NCBI GenBank assembly: GCA_030867685.1 | Contig: JAQOWU010000008.1 | Span: 62,001-126,000, forward strand | Source: Wickerhamiella versatilis | Lineage: Eukaryota | DNA length: 64,000 nt | Reading direction: 5' to 3' | Shown here: piece by piece, positions 1-9,968 of the stretch | Numbering within the stretch: position 1 is the first letter of the stretch | Layout: every line of letters begins with the position of its first letter | Translations under genes and position numbers: made by a program | The notes under the pieces: generated by a model | What the model was told of the DNA's origin: nothing | Databases searched by the model: none | What the model saw: only the letters and a program-made list of their open reading frames with translations

Positions 1-2
1 AT

Positions 3-422
3 GTGATTCTTGGTCCATCGCGGCTATTCAAGAATTACCCTGTTCTGCCTTATGGGTTCCTGGTTGGTGCTGCAGCTCCTATTGTGTTCTATGGTCTCCA
101 TAGACTATTCCCGAAATCTCACCTTAGATTTGATTTGTGGAACACCACAGTATTCTTCTCAAGCATGGCTACTTTCTATGGAAACTTGTCCACTGGATAC
201 GTCTCCAAGTTTATCGGCGGAACAGTCACAATGTTTTGGGCTTATAGGTACCGTCACAACCTTTGGAAGACATATAATTATCTGTTGGCAGCAGCCTTGG
301 ATACGGGGTTTAATTTGAGCACGTTGTTGATATTTTTGTTTTTCTCCGCCGGTAAAACCGTTACTATGCCTAACTGGTGGGGAAATAATGCTGATAGCGT
401 CGAGCGTTGTTTTACTCTCTAG
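3..422 (+). CDS. OPT-family oligopeptide transporter, C-terminal part (5' end outside window)
   Basis: IGPxRLF, W..YNY.LAAALD.G and PNWWGN motifs typical of fungal OPT C-termini. Confidence 0.9.
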   Translation: MILGPSRLFKNYPVLPYGFLVGAAAPIVFYGLHRLFPKSHLRFDLWNTTVFFSSMATFYGNLSTGYVSKFIGGTVTMFWAYRYRHNLWKTYNYLLAAALDTGFNLSTLLIFLFFSAGKTVTMPNWWGNNADSVERCFTL

Positions 423-644
423 ACTTGAGATCATAGATTCAATTTAAATATCCATAAGTGGGAATATACAAATATAAATTTATGTTTAGGATCATTTGTG
501 AAGCGAAAGAAAATGCATTGGGCGTATGAAAAGAAAGATAAGGTACTATTTGCATATTTGTACTATGCGCTAACCTTAATCTTCGAATTTATCAGTCTTA
601 AAGACTTGTAAATGCGGTAGCGGTGCCTGCTCCCGAATAAAAAG

Positions 645-652
645 TCACGTGA
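645..652. promoter_or_regulatory. TCACGTGA E-box (Cbf1-type site)
   Basis: GTCACGTGA about 50 bp upstream of the ATG at 703. Confidence 0.45.
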
Positions 653-702
653 GGTGATGTTTTCGTTACACTTCAAAGCTTTTCCTTCGCCGACAAGAGT
701 GA

Positions 703-1161
703 ATGGTCACAAAGATCACAATGGATATCGAAAAGAACAAGTCACTACAAAATATAGCTCTATTAGATGATGGTGATTTCATGGATAATGATATCGATCC
801 ACATGATGCCACCCTTCGTTACAAGACGCTCACCTGGCCCAAGGCAACCGTTCTCCTCTTATCAGTGTATATTTGCCTACCATTAATGTCTTTTCCTTGG
901 GCTTTCTCGATTTTGGGCCTCGTCCCAGGCATAATAATCACAGCATTCATCACGTTCATCACATGGTACACAGGTCTCACTATTACAGAATACTCGATCG
1001 CTAATCCAGGAGTAACAGATGTTTGTGACATTGAAATACTCATGGGGCTTTACTTCTTTGGGCCGGGAGTCTATTCAACTGTACAGAGTATAGTCTGGAA
1101 CTACCAATCAGGAGAGTACGGCAGTCCCTTCAGTTGCGCAAGTACTGCATTTATACCATAA
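703..1161 (+). pseudogene. Mtr/AAAP-type neutral amino-acid transporter with a large in-frame internal deletion
   Basis: N-terminal family motifs (YKTLTWPKA..., SFPWAFSILGLVPG, PGVTDVCDI) join near 1032 directly to the family's last helix and tail (GLYFFGPGVYSTVQSI...GSPFSCA); only 152 aa. Confidence 0.75.
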
Positions 1162-1421
1162 GTATTGAGAGGCTGATAAGTAGCTGAGCTCAGTGGCTGG
1201 TGCTCAGTGCACTTGATATTGCAGTGTATATCTAAATCGTTGGTAACTAATATTAATATCGCCTGACTGGGCAGATCACATGCGTGCCATTGTTTACATA
1301 ATTACGGGTGCTAGTAAACGAAACCTTATAAAGTAGGGCAGGTGCCGCGATACCATGTGAATATATCATCAAATCTTCTCCTCATGAATTTTTATAATTT
1401 CATCTTGTGAAGTGATGTAAG

Positions 1422-1455
1422 CCTAACTTGCATTTTCCAACCATTCTCTAAAGTA
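1422..1455 (+). repeat. Dispersed 34-bp element copy
   Basis: CCTAACTTGCATTTTCCAACCATTCTC..., 24/34 to consensus, ungapped. Confidence 0.65.
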
Positions 1456-1610
1456 GACTCACCGCGCAGAACAGTAATCCTTATCAGATAGTGTAAGTTC
1501 ATTATGCCCGTAAAGTTAGTCAAGTATGAAACTTTTCAGATGTGAAGAGAATATAATAATATTAAGACCCAGAACAACTATCAAATCTGCCACCAACTTA
1601 AGACTATCTT

Positions 1611-3269
1611 TTATTTCTTGCGACCAAAAAAATTTGCAACACTTTGAAGATTTTTACGGACCAACTCGTGCGTAGGCATCTCAAATACTTCATCCATCTC
1701 CTCCAGAGTTTTGTTCTTAGTTTCTGGCATGAAAAAAAGTTGATACAGAAACCCAAGAGCTGCGATACCCCCATAGAAACCTATCATTAGCCCTGTGGGC
1801 CTAAAATGGTTTTGCATATCATGAAAGTTGTAAGTTGCAATGAAAGAGAATAAATTCAGGCAGGTCAGTGTGACAGCCATGCCAGCCCCCCTAGTCCGGA
1901 TGTCAAAGCTCTCAGATGGTACTATCCATGACAAGCACCCATAGGCCCCAATAAAGCCCATATAGAGAACAAGCCCAGTGAAGAATAAGCCGAGTGCTAA
2001 GGGTTTATGTAACTGGAAGTACTCCTCACCTGACTGAGTATATAGATATGATACGCCCATAAGCACTAATCCAATGAAGTACATCGCGATTAGTTGGGCC
2101 CATTGGCGTCGGGGAAACCTATCTACAAATAAACCACCCAATGATCCCAGAAATAGTGCTCCTCCGCCTACCATCGACATCAATACTGACTTTTTGTCAG
2201 AAAAGTTCAATATCCCAACCAGATCTGAGACATTATACATTACTGCATTGATGCCAGTCAATTGAGCGAGAAGGGCCATCATTATCGCAAAAACGAGCGC
2301 GCGTCGGTTACGCTTGTGAGTCACAAGCTCGAGGTATCTCACATACCACGGTTCGTTAAGAGCATCCTTCTCTTTTTCACGAGCAGATACTTCGATTTCG
2401 AGAAACTCCATTCGAGAGGCTATGTCAGACGAGTTTCGAAGGTATTTCCAGTTATACCAAGCCCATTCATTTTTACCCCTCGAAACTAACCATCGTGGAG
2501 ACTCTGGTAGAAAGAACATGCCAATGAGTAGAATTAACGAAAATGGTAGTGGAGTCCCCAGCATAAAACGCCAATCGCCGGCAACCGTGTCGAAAAAGAT
2601 AGCACCAGCAGCATATCCCATTACCTGCCCAAGTTCAATCATTACTTGATAAACTGCGATGAAGTTACCTCTTAAACGTGGCGGGACGCATTCTGCGATA
2701 TACATTCCAACGCAATTCTCTACACCAACACCAATACCTACAAAGAACCTGCCTGCGAGTAGCATTTGAGTCTCACGAGACCCTGCACAAAGGCTTGATC
2801 CCAATAAATATGATAAACAGGAGACAATTATCGCGCCTCTCCTTCCGAATACATGATTTATGGGCATAACCAGCACAGAGCCAGTTATAGCACCAAGGGG
2901 AACGAACGAGGATACCATCGACATATCATGTGGTGATGGATCAAACTCTGAGTTTCTGATCTTTATTTGAGCTGCAGATATCACAGACTGATCCATTCCA
3001 CATAGTAGCCCATTGAAAGCGGCAAACAAGCCAAGAAACATTGTCATGTGGCGGGGTCCTCCGAAAGATAATGGTATCCTAGCAAAAAGAATCCTATCCC
3101 AGAGTGATTCATTTTGAAAGTACTCTGTTTCCTTAGACTCGTGTAATTGAATCTCTTTATCAACCTCTTCTTCAGTCAAAAGCGACGTACTATTGTTGCC
3201 CTTGGCTTCGCTGCCATCCTGGCCAGCTTCCTCGACGTGATAAATTTCATATTTTTTATTGTCATTCAT
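1611..3269 (-). CDS. FSY1: Sugar porter, Fsy1-like fructose/H+ symporter family (divergent)
   Basis: GMDQS, FGRR, PESPRWL, RNRRAL, QLTGINAVMY, W.VPSESFD.RTR, GFYGGIA.LG..YQ.FFMPETK match Fsy1-family signatures; first ATG at 3269. Confidence 0.75.
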   Translation of the reverse strand: MNDNKKYEIYHVEEAGQDGSEAKGNNSTSLLTEEEVDKEIQLHESKETEYFQNESLWDRILFARIPLSFGGPRHMTMFLGLFAAFNGLLCGMDQSVISAAQIKIRNSEFDPSPHDMSMVSSFVPLGAITGSVLVMPINHVFGRRGAIIVSCLSYLLGSSLCAGSRETQMLLAGRFFVGIGVGVENCVGMYIAECVPPRLRGNFIAVYQVMIELGQVMGYAAGAIFFDTVAGDWRFMLGTPLPFSLILLIGMFFLPESPRWLVSRGKNEWAWYNWKYLRNSSDIASRMEFLEIEVSAREKEKDALNEPWYVRYLELVTHKRNRRALVFAIMMALLAQLTGINAVMYNVSDLVGILNFSDKKSVLMSMVGGGALFLGSLGGLFVDRFPRRQWAQLIAMYFIGLVLMGVSYLYTQSGEEYFQLHKPLALGLFFTGLVLYMGFIGAYGCLSWIVPSESFDIRTRGAGMAVTLTCLNLFSFIATYNFHDMQNHFRPTGLMIGFYGGIAALGFLYQLFFMPETKNKTLEEMDEVFEMPTHELVRKNLQSVANFFGRKK

Positions 3270-4222
3270 TATATTCAATGAATTGGGTGATAGTTATCTC
3301 TTTTTAGTGTACTGGAGGTAACATTACTAAAGACTTACGATCATATATTTATGCAGATAGTGTGAGACATGCGGCTCCACTAGAAAAGAGGGAAATATCA
3401 TAGATTTACGGTCTTCAGGTAGCATATGGCTCCTTGATGTGAATTTAATCCCCTTTTTTGATAAAAAACGCGTAGAATTGGTCTGATATGTACGTAGTTA
3501 CTTGGTATGCGCGATGACAAACGATATTGTCTCATGGGAGTAATGCGGGGTATTGGGTAAATAAGCGGGGAAATGATTATTTTCGCATATTTATCTTTGG
3601 TATTTGGCTCTACCACGTCAAAACCAGTTAAGGAATGATCAATAACTTTACTTAAGTGATTTCCAGCCATTTAACCGGCAAGATTGTTGAATATATAATA
3701 GATTAATCCGATGGTCCGCAAGCCCTTGTGGCGCTCAATACCCTGATAATACTGAGAGAAATTGACATCTTATATGACGTCAAATCTCAAGTCATAAATT
3801 TGTCAAATGCTCACAGATCTCGCACATAACTCGACTGTTTAGACTAATAACAGTGTCATTAATAACAAATAGGCTTGTTCGTTGCATGGAGGACATAACC
3901 GTCAAAGTATGATGTGGCTCCAACGCAAAGTCACCTCACCACGTTACCTTTCGGCCCGCACCCTTGAGCAAGTGGATCGATTCCGCCACAATAGATAGCC
4001 CACTGTAATGATAAAAGGGTGAAGCCAAGTCTTGGTTGAGTACCAGCCTCTCGTTGGTCAATTTAAGATAGTCTACTACAACATGGTAGATCGAATTGCC
4101 TTCTAAATTACTATTTGTGTCTCTTTCTGTTAAGCACTTTATGTATTTTCTTTTGCGGTCACAGCACGGTACAGCACAAAACATTAGGCTAACTTCTATC
4201 AATCAACAGACCAGGCTTACAA

Positions 4223-4254
4223 GGGTCGTCTCGTTGTCCAGCCAGTCTCAGGTG
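4223..4254 (+). repeat. Dispersed 34-bp element copy
   Basis: CGTTGTCCAGCCAGTCTCAGGTG ends about 10 bp from the stop codon of the acyltransferase gene. Confidence 0.7.
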
Positions 4255-4263
4255 TTGACTGGA

Positions 4264-5766
4264 CTACACTGCTGGACGATTTTCAGAATAACACTCGCGA
4301 AACTTAGCGTCCTCATCAAGATATCGCCAAAGAGGCTCACTTGCCGTAACATGGACATCAAGTGCTCTTCTTTCACGTTTCTCAATTGACTCTGACCATC
4401 CATCGAGTACCAAAGCCAACGCATCAACCCGAGAAATGATCGTGTAAGGAGGCCCTGATAATGACGGCAGAACCGGATTACCGGCTCTATCAGTGTCGAA
4501 GTCGCACCCTTGGTACATATCAAATGCTGACCATTGACTCACAGTGAAATTTCCGTAGGCAAATGAAAAATCCATAGAGATTAACCCTTTCTGTGGCTGA
4601 GCTGCAATCCACCGCGGGGTTTTTCTCATCAATTCTCTATCCACAGAGCGTATCAAATCGTGCATTGCCTGTGCGACTTTCCACAATGGTTGATTCATGA
4701 GTAGATCATGACTGAACTGGGTGTACACCGGATGTACGCCATTTCCAAAGTACTGGTTAGAAAGGCCTAATCTCTCAGGTTTCCTCATGTCAACTGAGGC
4801 AAAAAAACCCCGGAAAAGTTCTTCTGCAGCCTGGCTCTCACTTTTGCCTCTTGATATTAGGAACTTGACACGTGATCGATAAATAGACTGGTCTAGGTAT
4901 GCACATAGTGCCTCAAACGTAGATATCCAACGATCTTCTTGAGGGTTTGTAGCCTCTTTCTTTATTGTGAAAAGGTCATCTTCACTAAAATGCAACGTGC
5001 GGGCCAGAATAGGAAATTCAGCTTGACTTAACGCGACCGGGCTTTCGCCTTCTTTCCTCAAGCAGTAAAAACGTGGATTGTATTGCAACGCCTCGTTTAG
5101 CTCCTGCGCTGACATGTCACTTTTCTCTTGGAGATATAATCTCGTTATAGGTGGATCCGAAAGCGAAGCCGTAGAAGCATGAGATAAGTCACGATAGAGC
5201 TCTGCAAGGTGTCTTGATAACATAAAAAAACCACCAGCATCCGTAGCAGTATGGTGTATGCGGATACCGAGTGCTACTGATCCGCAGGCGAATCGTGTAT
5301 GTTGAATACTAAAGATCGGGTCACGGAGAAACCCCTCGAATGAAGGATCAAAGGGGGGCGTGAGACTATCTCCTGAACCCGGTAGCATCTCCATTATGAT
5401 TCTTCCAGAACTGGAGCGGAACTCTTCCAATTTTCTGGTACATTTGGCTTCCAACACAAGCGTACCTTTACCGATGTCAACGATGGACCGCCTGCCATCA
5501 TCTTGTGCGCAAACACGCCCCGTTAGATGTGGGTAGTAGTCCAGTAGAAATTCTGTGGCTTTTGCAAGACGCTCCACTGGCATAAAGTCAGAAGTATCAA
5601 TATCTTGTGGCTTAGTGTAGACGAACACATTGTCAACCGGTACTGCATGAAATGCGAGGAGGTCCAGCGGACCCAAGTTGAAAGGGCTCTGTAACTTTTC
5701 GACTACCTCCCTGCTCGCACAGCTTACAGGATGTTCGCCGATGATAAGGACTTCAGAGGGTGCCAT
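4264..5766 (-). CDS. BAHD/transferase-family CoA-dependent acyltransferase
   Basis: LLDYYPHLTGR, QHTRFACGSVALG, catalytic HxxxD (HTATD), divergent DFGWG-like DFDTD. Confidence 0.85.
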   Translation of the reverse strand: MAPSEVLIIGEHPVSCASREVVEKLQSPFNLGPLDLLAFHAVPVDNVFVYTKPQDIDTSDFMPVERLAKATEFLLDYYPHLTGRVCAQDDGRRSIVDIGKGTLVLEAKCTRKLEEFRSSSGRIIMEMLPGSGDSLTPPFDPSFEGFLRDPIFSIQHTRFACGSVALGIRIHHTATDAGGFFMLSRHLAELYRDLSHASTASLSDPPITRLYLQEKSDMSAQELNEALQYNPRFYCLRKEGESPVALSQAEFPILARTLHFSEDDLFTIKKEATNPQEDRWISTFEALCAYLDQSIYRSRVKFLISRGKSESQAAEELFRGFFASVDMRKPERLGLSNQYFGNGVHPVYTQFSHDLLMNQPLWKVAQAMHDLIRSVDRELMRKTPRWIAAQPQKGLISMDFSFAYGNFTVSQWSAFDMYQGCDFDTDRAGNPVLPSLSGPPYTIISRVDALALVLDGWSESIEKRERRALDVHVTASEPLWRYLDEDAKFRECYSENRPAV

Positions 5767-6266
5767 GTGTGCGTAAAGAGACTCATTACTAATTTATCGG
5801 TCTGCTTATATGGTCAAACTATATGCGGTCATATTGCGTCTGTTACTTCACTAAAGCTTGAGCTTCTATGGGTGGTATGGTCCTTTTTTCGAAAGTTTAA
5901 AGGATGCTGTGGCATCAAAAAGCTTTTTTCCTATTGTTCTTCATACTATAGTAAGTTAGTAGCTCACTATTCTGACAAGCACTCAAGTCACCTTGCCCAC
6001 ACTTCAGCTTATAAATATACAAAATGATTGTGCCGTCTAAGATAATCAAAATCAAAAGTAACATCATTTCCACAGAGACTGGAAGCTAGCACTACTATTA
6101 AAGCAAGCACACATAACTAAGATACCAGATATTTTTGGAGCAAAGCGTCCTTTTACTCGTTCACGCGGTACAGCTTCTGCATTGCTTTTGTATGCCCGAA
6201 GGCTATCTGAATCTCGGCATCAGCGCAATATAGACGATCAACCATAGCAACGCTCGCATTATCCTG

Positions 6267-6848
6267 CTACCTCCTATTATATTCCATCAGAGGCGAACTT
6301 CGACATGTAAGTTGAAGAATAACCTCTATCTGCCTTATCGCTTCTTTGCTCCACTCAGCTGAGAAAATAACCCCGGTGCAAACATTCACTATTTGTTCAG
6401 CAAGATCACGCGGACTAATATTCACTGACCGCCAACGCTCGGCAATCTCTGTATTCTCGAGTAGTTCAGATACAGCTTCAATATATTTTGTAGTGACCTG
6501 CTCGGTCAACTCTGGTCTTAAAGCCGCAACAGTAACAGAAATTTCTCTGTAGTTCTTGAAGGCACTGATAATCTCACCTGTCCTGACGATCGAGTTTAGA
6601 AGCCTGTTCTCTATTGGCAGTGTATCAACTGAGATATTACTGAGAAACTCACACCAAAGTATGTCTCTATGATATTCGATCGTTGTTAAAAGTAAGTCTT
6701 CTTTTCCGTGAAAATAAAAGTATACAGCCTGCCGCGAGTAGCCTGCCGCCATGGCCACGTCATCGATACTTGTCCCTTTGAACCCCTTTTCAGCGAACAG
6801 ATTATATGCTGCAAGCATTATCAATTCTTTAGATGACCGGCTTTCCAT
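6267..6848 (-). CDS. TetR/AcrR-family transcriptional regulator (bacterial type)
   Basis: Canonical TetR HTH ILxAAxxLFAEKGFKGTSIDDVAxAAGYSRQAVYFYFHGKEDL followed by a helical ligand domain; 193 aa; intronless. Confidence 0.9.
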   Translation of the reverse strand: MESRSSKELIMLAAYNLFAEKGFKGTSIDDVAMAAGYSRQAVYFYFHGKEDLLLTTIEYHRDILWCEFLSNISVDTLPIENRLLNSIVRTGEIISAFKNYREISVTVAALRPELTEQVTTKYIEAVSELLENTEIAERWRSVNISPRDLAEQIVNVCTGVIFSAEWSKEAIRQIEVILQLTCRSSPLMEYNRR

Positions 6849-7591
6849 CAGGAAACATCCTTGGTGTCTGTTACGTAAGGCATCCCCTGGTTTTTGACCA
6901 CTCTTTCCAGCAGAACTAAATTGCTATGTATTAAAGTATATAAAAGCTAGGTGTTGTTTTTATGATTGCATCTGAGAGAGAAATTTATGGTTCGCCTCTA
7001 TATGGCTTTCTTTTAATTTTCGAATGGGTGCCACATTGTCGATAGTTTATGCATATATATCACCCCAGGGCTGGAAAACAGTTAAAAGCCACCAAATTTG
7101 GGAAAATTCGCCCGAGAAAATAATAGCGGAATTCGAAATCGAGATATCCCAAACATCATCATCTTGTTAATTTTACGTTGGCGTCAATAGAGTACTGAGC
7201 ACATGGTCTAATGACGGACCCCGTACAGCGGAAATAGTGTCAAATTTGTGACTGTCTGGATAGAAAGAACCCAGAATTTAGTGGCCCATTCTAGCCCTGT
7301 CCCATTCTGGTTGTGCATACTACCACTGATTACCTTATTTGGTCATCTCGCCAAAAAAACCTTATCGAGGTCCATTCTCATATCCTTTAAACAAACATTC
7401 TTACCTAAGATGTTCTCGAGACTAGATTTTGATAGCCCACTGAGAAAAACTTGAGCCACCTTCCATAGTTCCGCGAAGTGAAGTAGAAGTAGAATAGCTT
7501 GCGAAGATAATTAAGCGTGTGTATCCAGGATCAACTTAAATGAAGTCGTACGGCTGGCGATGATAAACCATCTGAGACCAATTGCAATTTA

Positions 7592-7599
7592 TCACGTGA
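7592..7599. promoter_or_regulatory. TCACGTGA E-box (Cbf1-type site)
   Basis: ATCACGTGAT 70 bp upstream of the ATG at 7669. Confidence 0.5.
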
Positions 7600-7668
7600 T
7601 CAATATGTCAGTATGGTAAAACGCAATTAGTAGATATAACTTGTGCCACAAAAGCTTTTTGACTCTAG

Positions 7669-9100
7669 ATGTCGTTCAGGGAGACAGAAGTTATAACTGA
7701 TAATCCACAAAAGGGGTTTCAGCAGCACATTTTTCCAGCAAATGTTACATCTGATGATGTGGTCGTGCCGCCAAAAAACCCCAAATTTTTGAGCACGATA
7801 CCCTTCCAAATAGCCGTAGCATGTGGTGTCTCCTTCACGGCCCCTGGAATGTGGGATGCTCTGAATAACCTGGGCGCAGGTGGTGCCGCTGAGCCAACCG
7901 CAGTTTCCGCAGCAAATGCTTTATTATATGGTCTATTTACGGTGATATGTATAGCTGCAGGTGCCATTAACAATAGAATAGGATTACGGTTTGGCCTAGC
8001 CCTTGGGGCCATTGGTTATCCGATCTATGGTGCTGGGCTGTACACCAACAACAACCATTCAACTACATGGTTTTTGCTCTTTGGGAGCGCCCTCAATGGT
8101 ATATCTGCTGGATTCTTCTGGGCTTCCGAGGCTGCTATAATCATTGGGTATCCCAGCCCTCAAGAGCGTGCTTTCTACCTTGCTTTATGGCAAACAGCAA
8201 AAGCTGCAGGGCCTATTGTTGGCGGTGCTATCAACCTAGGCTTGAATGCCCAGTCTTCGACTAAGGGTTCAGTGAGCAATGGAACCTATATTGTATTTAT
8301 TGTAATAATGTGTCTCGGCCTCCCTATCTCGTTATTGCTTTCCCCTGCAGAGAAGGTACAGCGTAAGGATCACACCTTGGTTATCGTGAATAGACAACCT
8401 AGTTGGAAAAAAGAGTTTCAGGCAGTGTTTTCTGTGCTTAGAACTCGTCGGATGTTACTTCTCATTCCAGCATTCTTTATCAGCTACTTCTATAATGGTT
8501 TCTCTAGCACTTGGCTCACTACTTACTTCACTGTAAGGTCACGGGCATTCTCATCATTTTTCTCCAATTTTGCTGGGATCTTCAGCTCCTTTATAATTGC
8601 CGCACTTCTTGACCACCAGTCCATCTTTATAAAGACGCGGGCGAAGATAGCCTTCTCATGCATCTTAGTGATACTTATCGGTACCTGGATATGGGCCACC
8701 ATTCTTCAGAAACAATTCTATGATGCATCCCAGCCACCAATCTTTGACTGGTTCCAAGGTGGATTTGGGAAAGCTTATGCGTTAGTCTTTTTTTTGGCAA
8801 TTTGGTGGCCAAGCATTTCAGCAATTCCTCTACTGGATCATAGGCCAATATGCCAGTGACATTTCAGCGCTGTCATACTACTCTGGCATTCTGCGAGGAT
8901 TTGAGGCACTGGGTCAAACAGTTGCTTGGGCCATTCAATCGAATGGTAATGCCAACCATTTCATCAGCATTGGTCTCAATTTTGGAATTACAGTTTTGTG
9001 TATCTACCCCACCTGGATTGTGCTTTCAGAGCTTGAGCATAGCCATGAAGTGACAATTACTGCTGACGAGCACTCTAACGAGAGCACGCCTGATGTGTAA
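7669..9100 (+). pseudogene. UNC-93-like (DUF895) MFS transporter with a +1 frameshift in a T8 run (pseudogene or assembly error)
   Basis: PGMWDALNNLGAGG and GFFWASEAA motifs; removing one T at 8788-8795 restores FFWQFGGQAFQQFLYWIIGQY...GILRGFEALGQ through to TAA at 9098-9100. Confidence 0.8.
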
Positions 9101-9624
9101 ACAGCACCCATTATTTACCATTAATTATTCTCGTTAGCTTTTTTTCCTTTTTCTTCATACTTGAATCAATTAAGAAGCTTTCCCGGATTAATACTCCACC
9201 CTCTGTCTTTGGCTCCACGATAGTCATCACGCAGCACATAACTCTTAGAGCCAGGTTCTCTACACATTTCAGTCCTCTATGTGTTATCACTGACCAGTAT
9301 GTACTACTATGTACCTCAGTATACTGGAAGACGCAATGATGAGTCCCTGGAAACCCGAGAAGAAACCCATTTCTTAGAGCATGTTCGCGATGGAGGAGGA
9401 CTTCTCATTGCCATCATTCTCCTTCTGATTTTCTGCCATTTTATATCCGGTCTTCGGTTGATTATTTCTCTCATTCCTTATATTTGCCAAAATCGTAATG
9501 TGGCACTTTTAATCACTATAGGGGTGGTTTACTAAACGAGAAATTGCGCCATATGGAGCGTTAGTTGCGCTACAAACGTATGTCATACCTTTGTAAGAGC
9601 GACGAGTCTCATCAAGTGATGATG

Positions 9625-9657
9625 GCTACTTACATTATCAAGCTAGTCTCAGATAGT
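9625..9657 (+). repeat. Dispersed 34-bp element copy
   Basis: GCTA-CTTACATTATCAAGCTAGTCTCAGATAGT, 28/34 with one gap. Confidence 0.75.
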
Positions 9658-9968
9658 GAGGGGGCACTTGCGTGGCTCAACTAGAATATGTTGCTGGATC
9701 AGACAAATTCCCAAGTAGATCCTGCGCACCGATCGTTAGTCATAACAATATTGGCAAGCAACGCTTTTCGGAACGGCTCCGAACCTCAACCAGAGCTCCT
9801 TGTAAGTTGCGCTTTTGCCTGATCAGCTACAGAGCTAAATTATTTCCAACCATCATACTCCGATAAATCATCAACGGTGAATCTGCAGTTTACATCGCAA
9901 TTCAACGTATCTAGATCTTTGACTAACCATCCTTTGCAGAATTTTCCTGTCCACTTCACAGATCTCAT

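Noticed and set aside
7172-7187. Imperfect palindrome TTTACG-TTGG-CGTCAA upstream of TetR as a possible operator
   Set aside because: Only 5/6 arm symmetry and a single occurrence; expected by chance.
9290-9439. Minus-strand MAENQKENDGNEKSSSIANML*EMGFFSG..., a possible permease N-terminal relic
   Set aside because: Too short and degenerate to assign.
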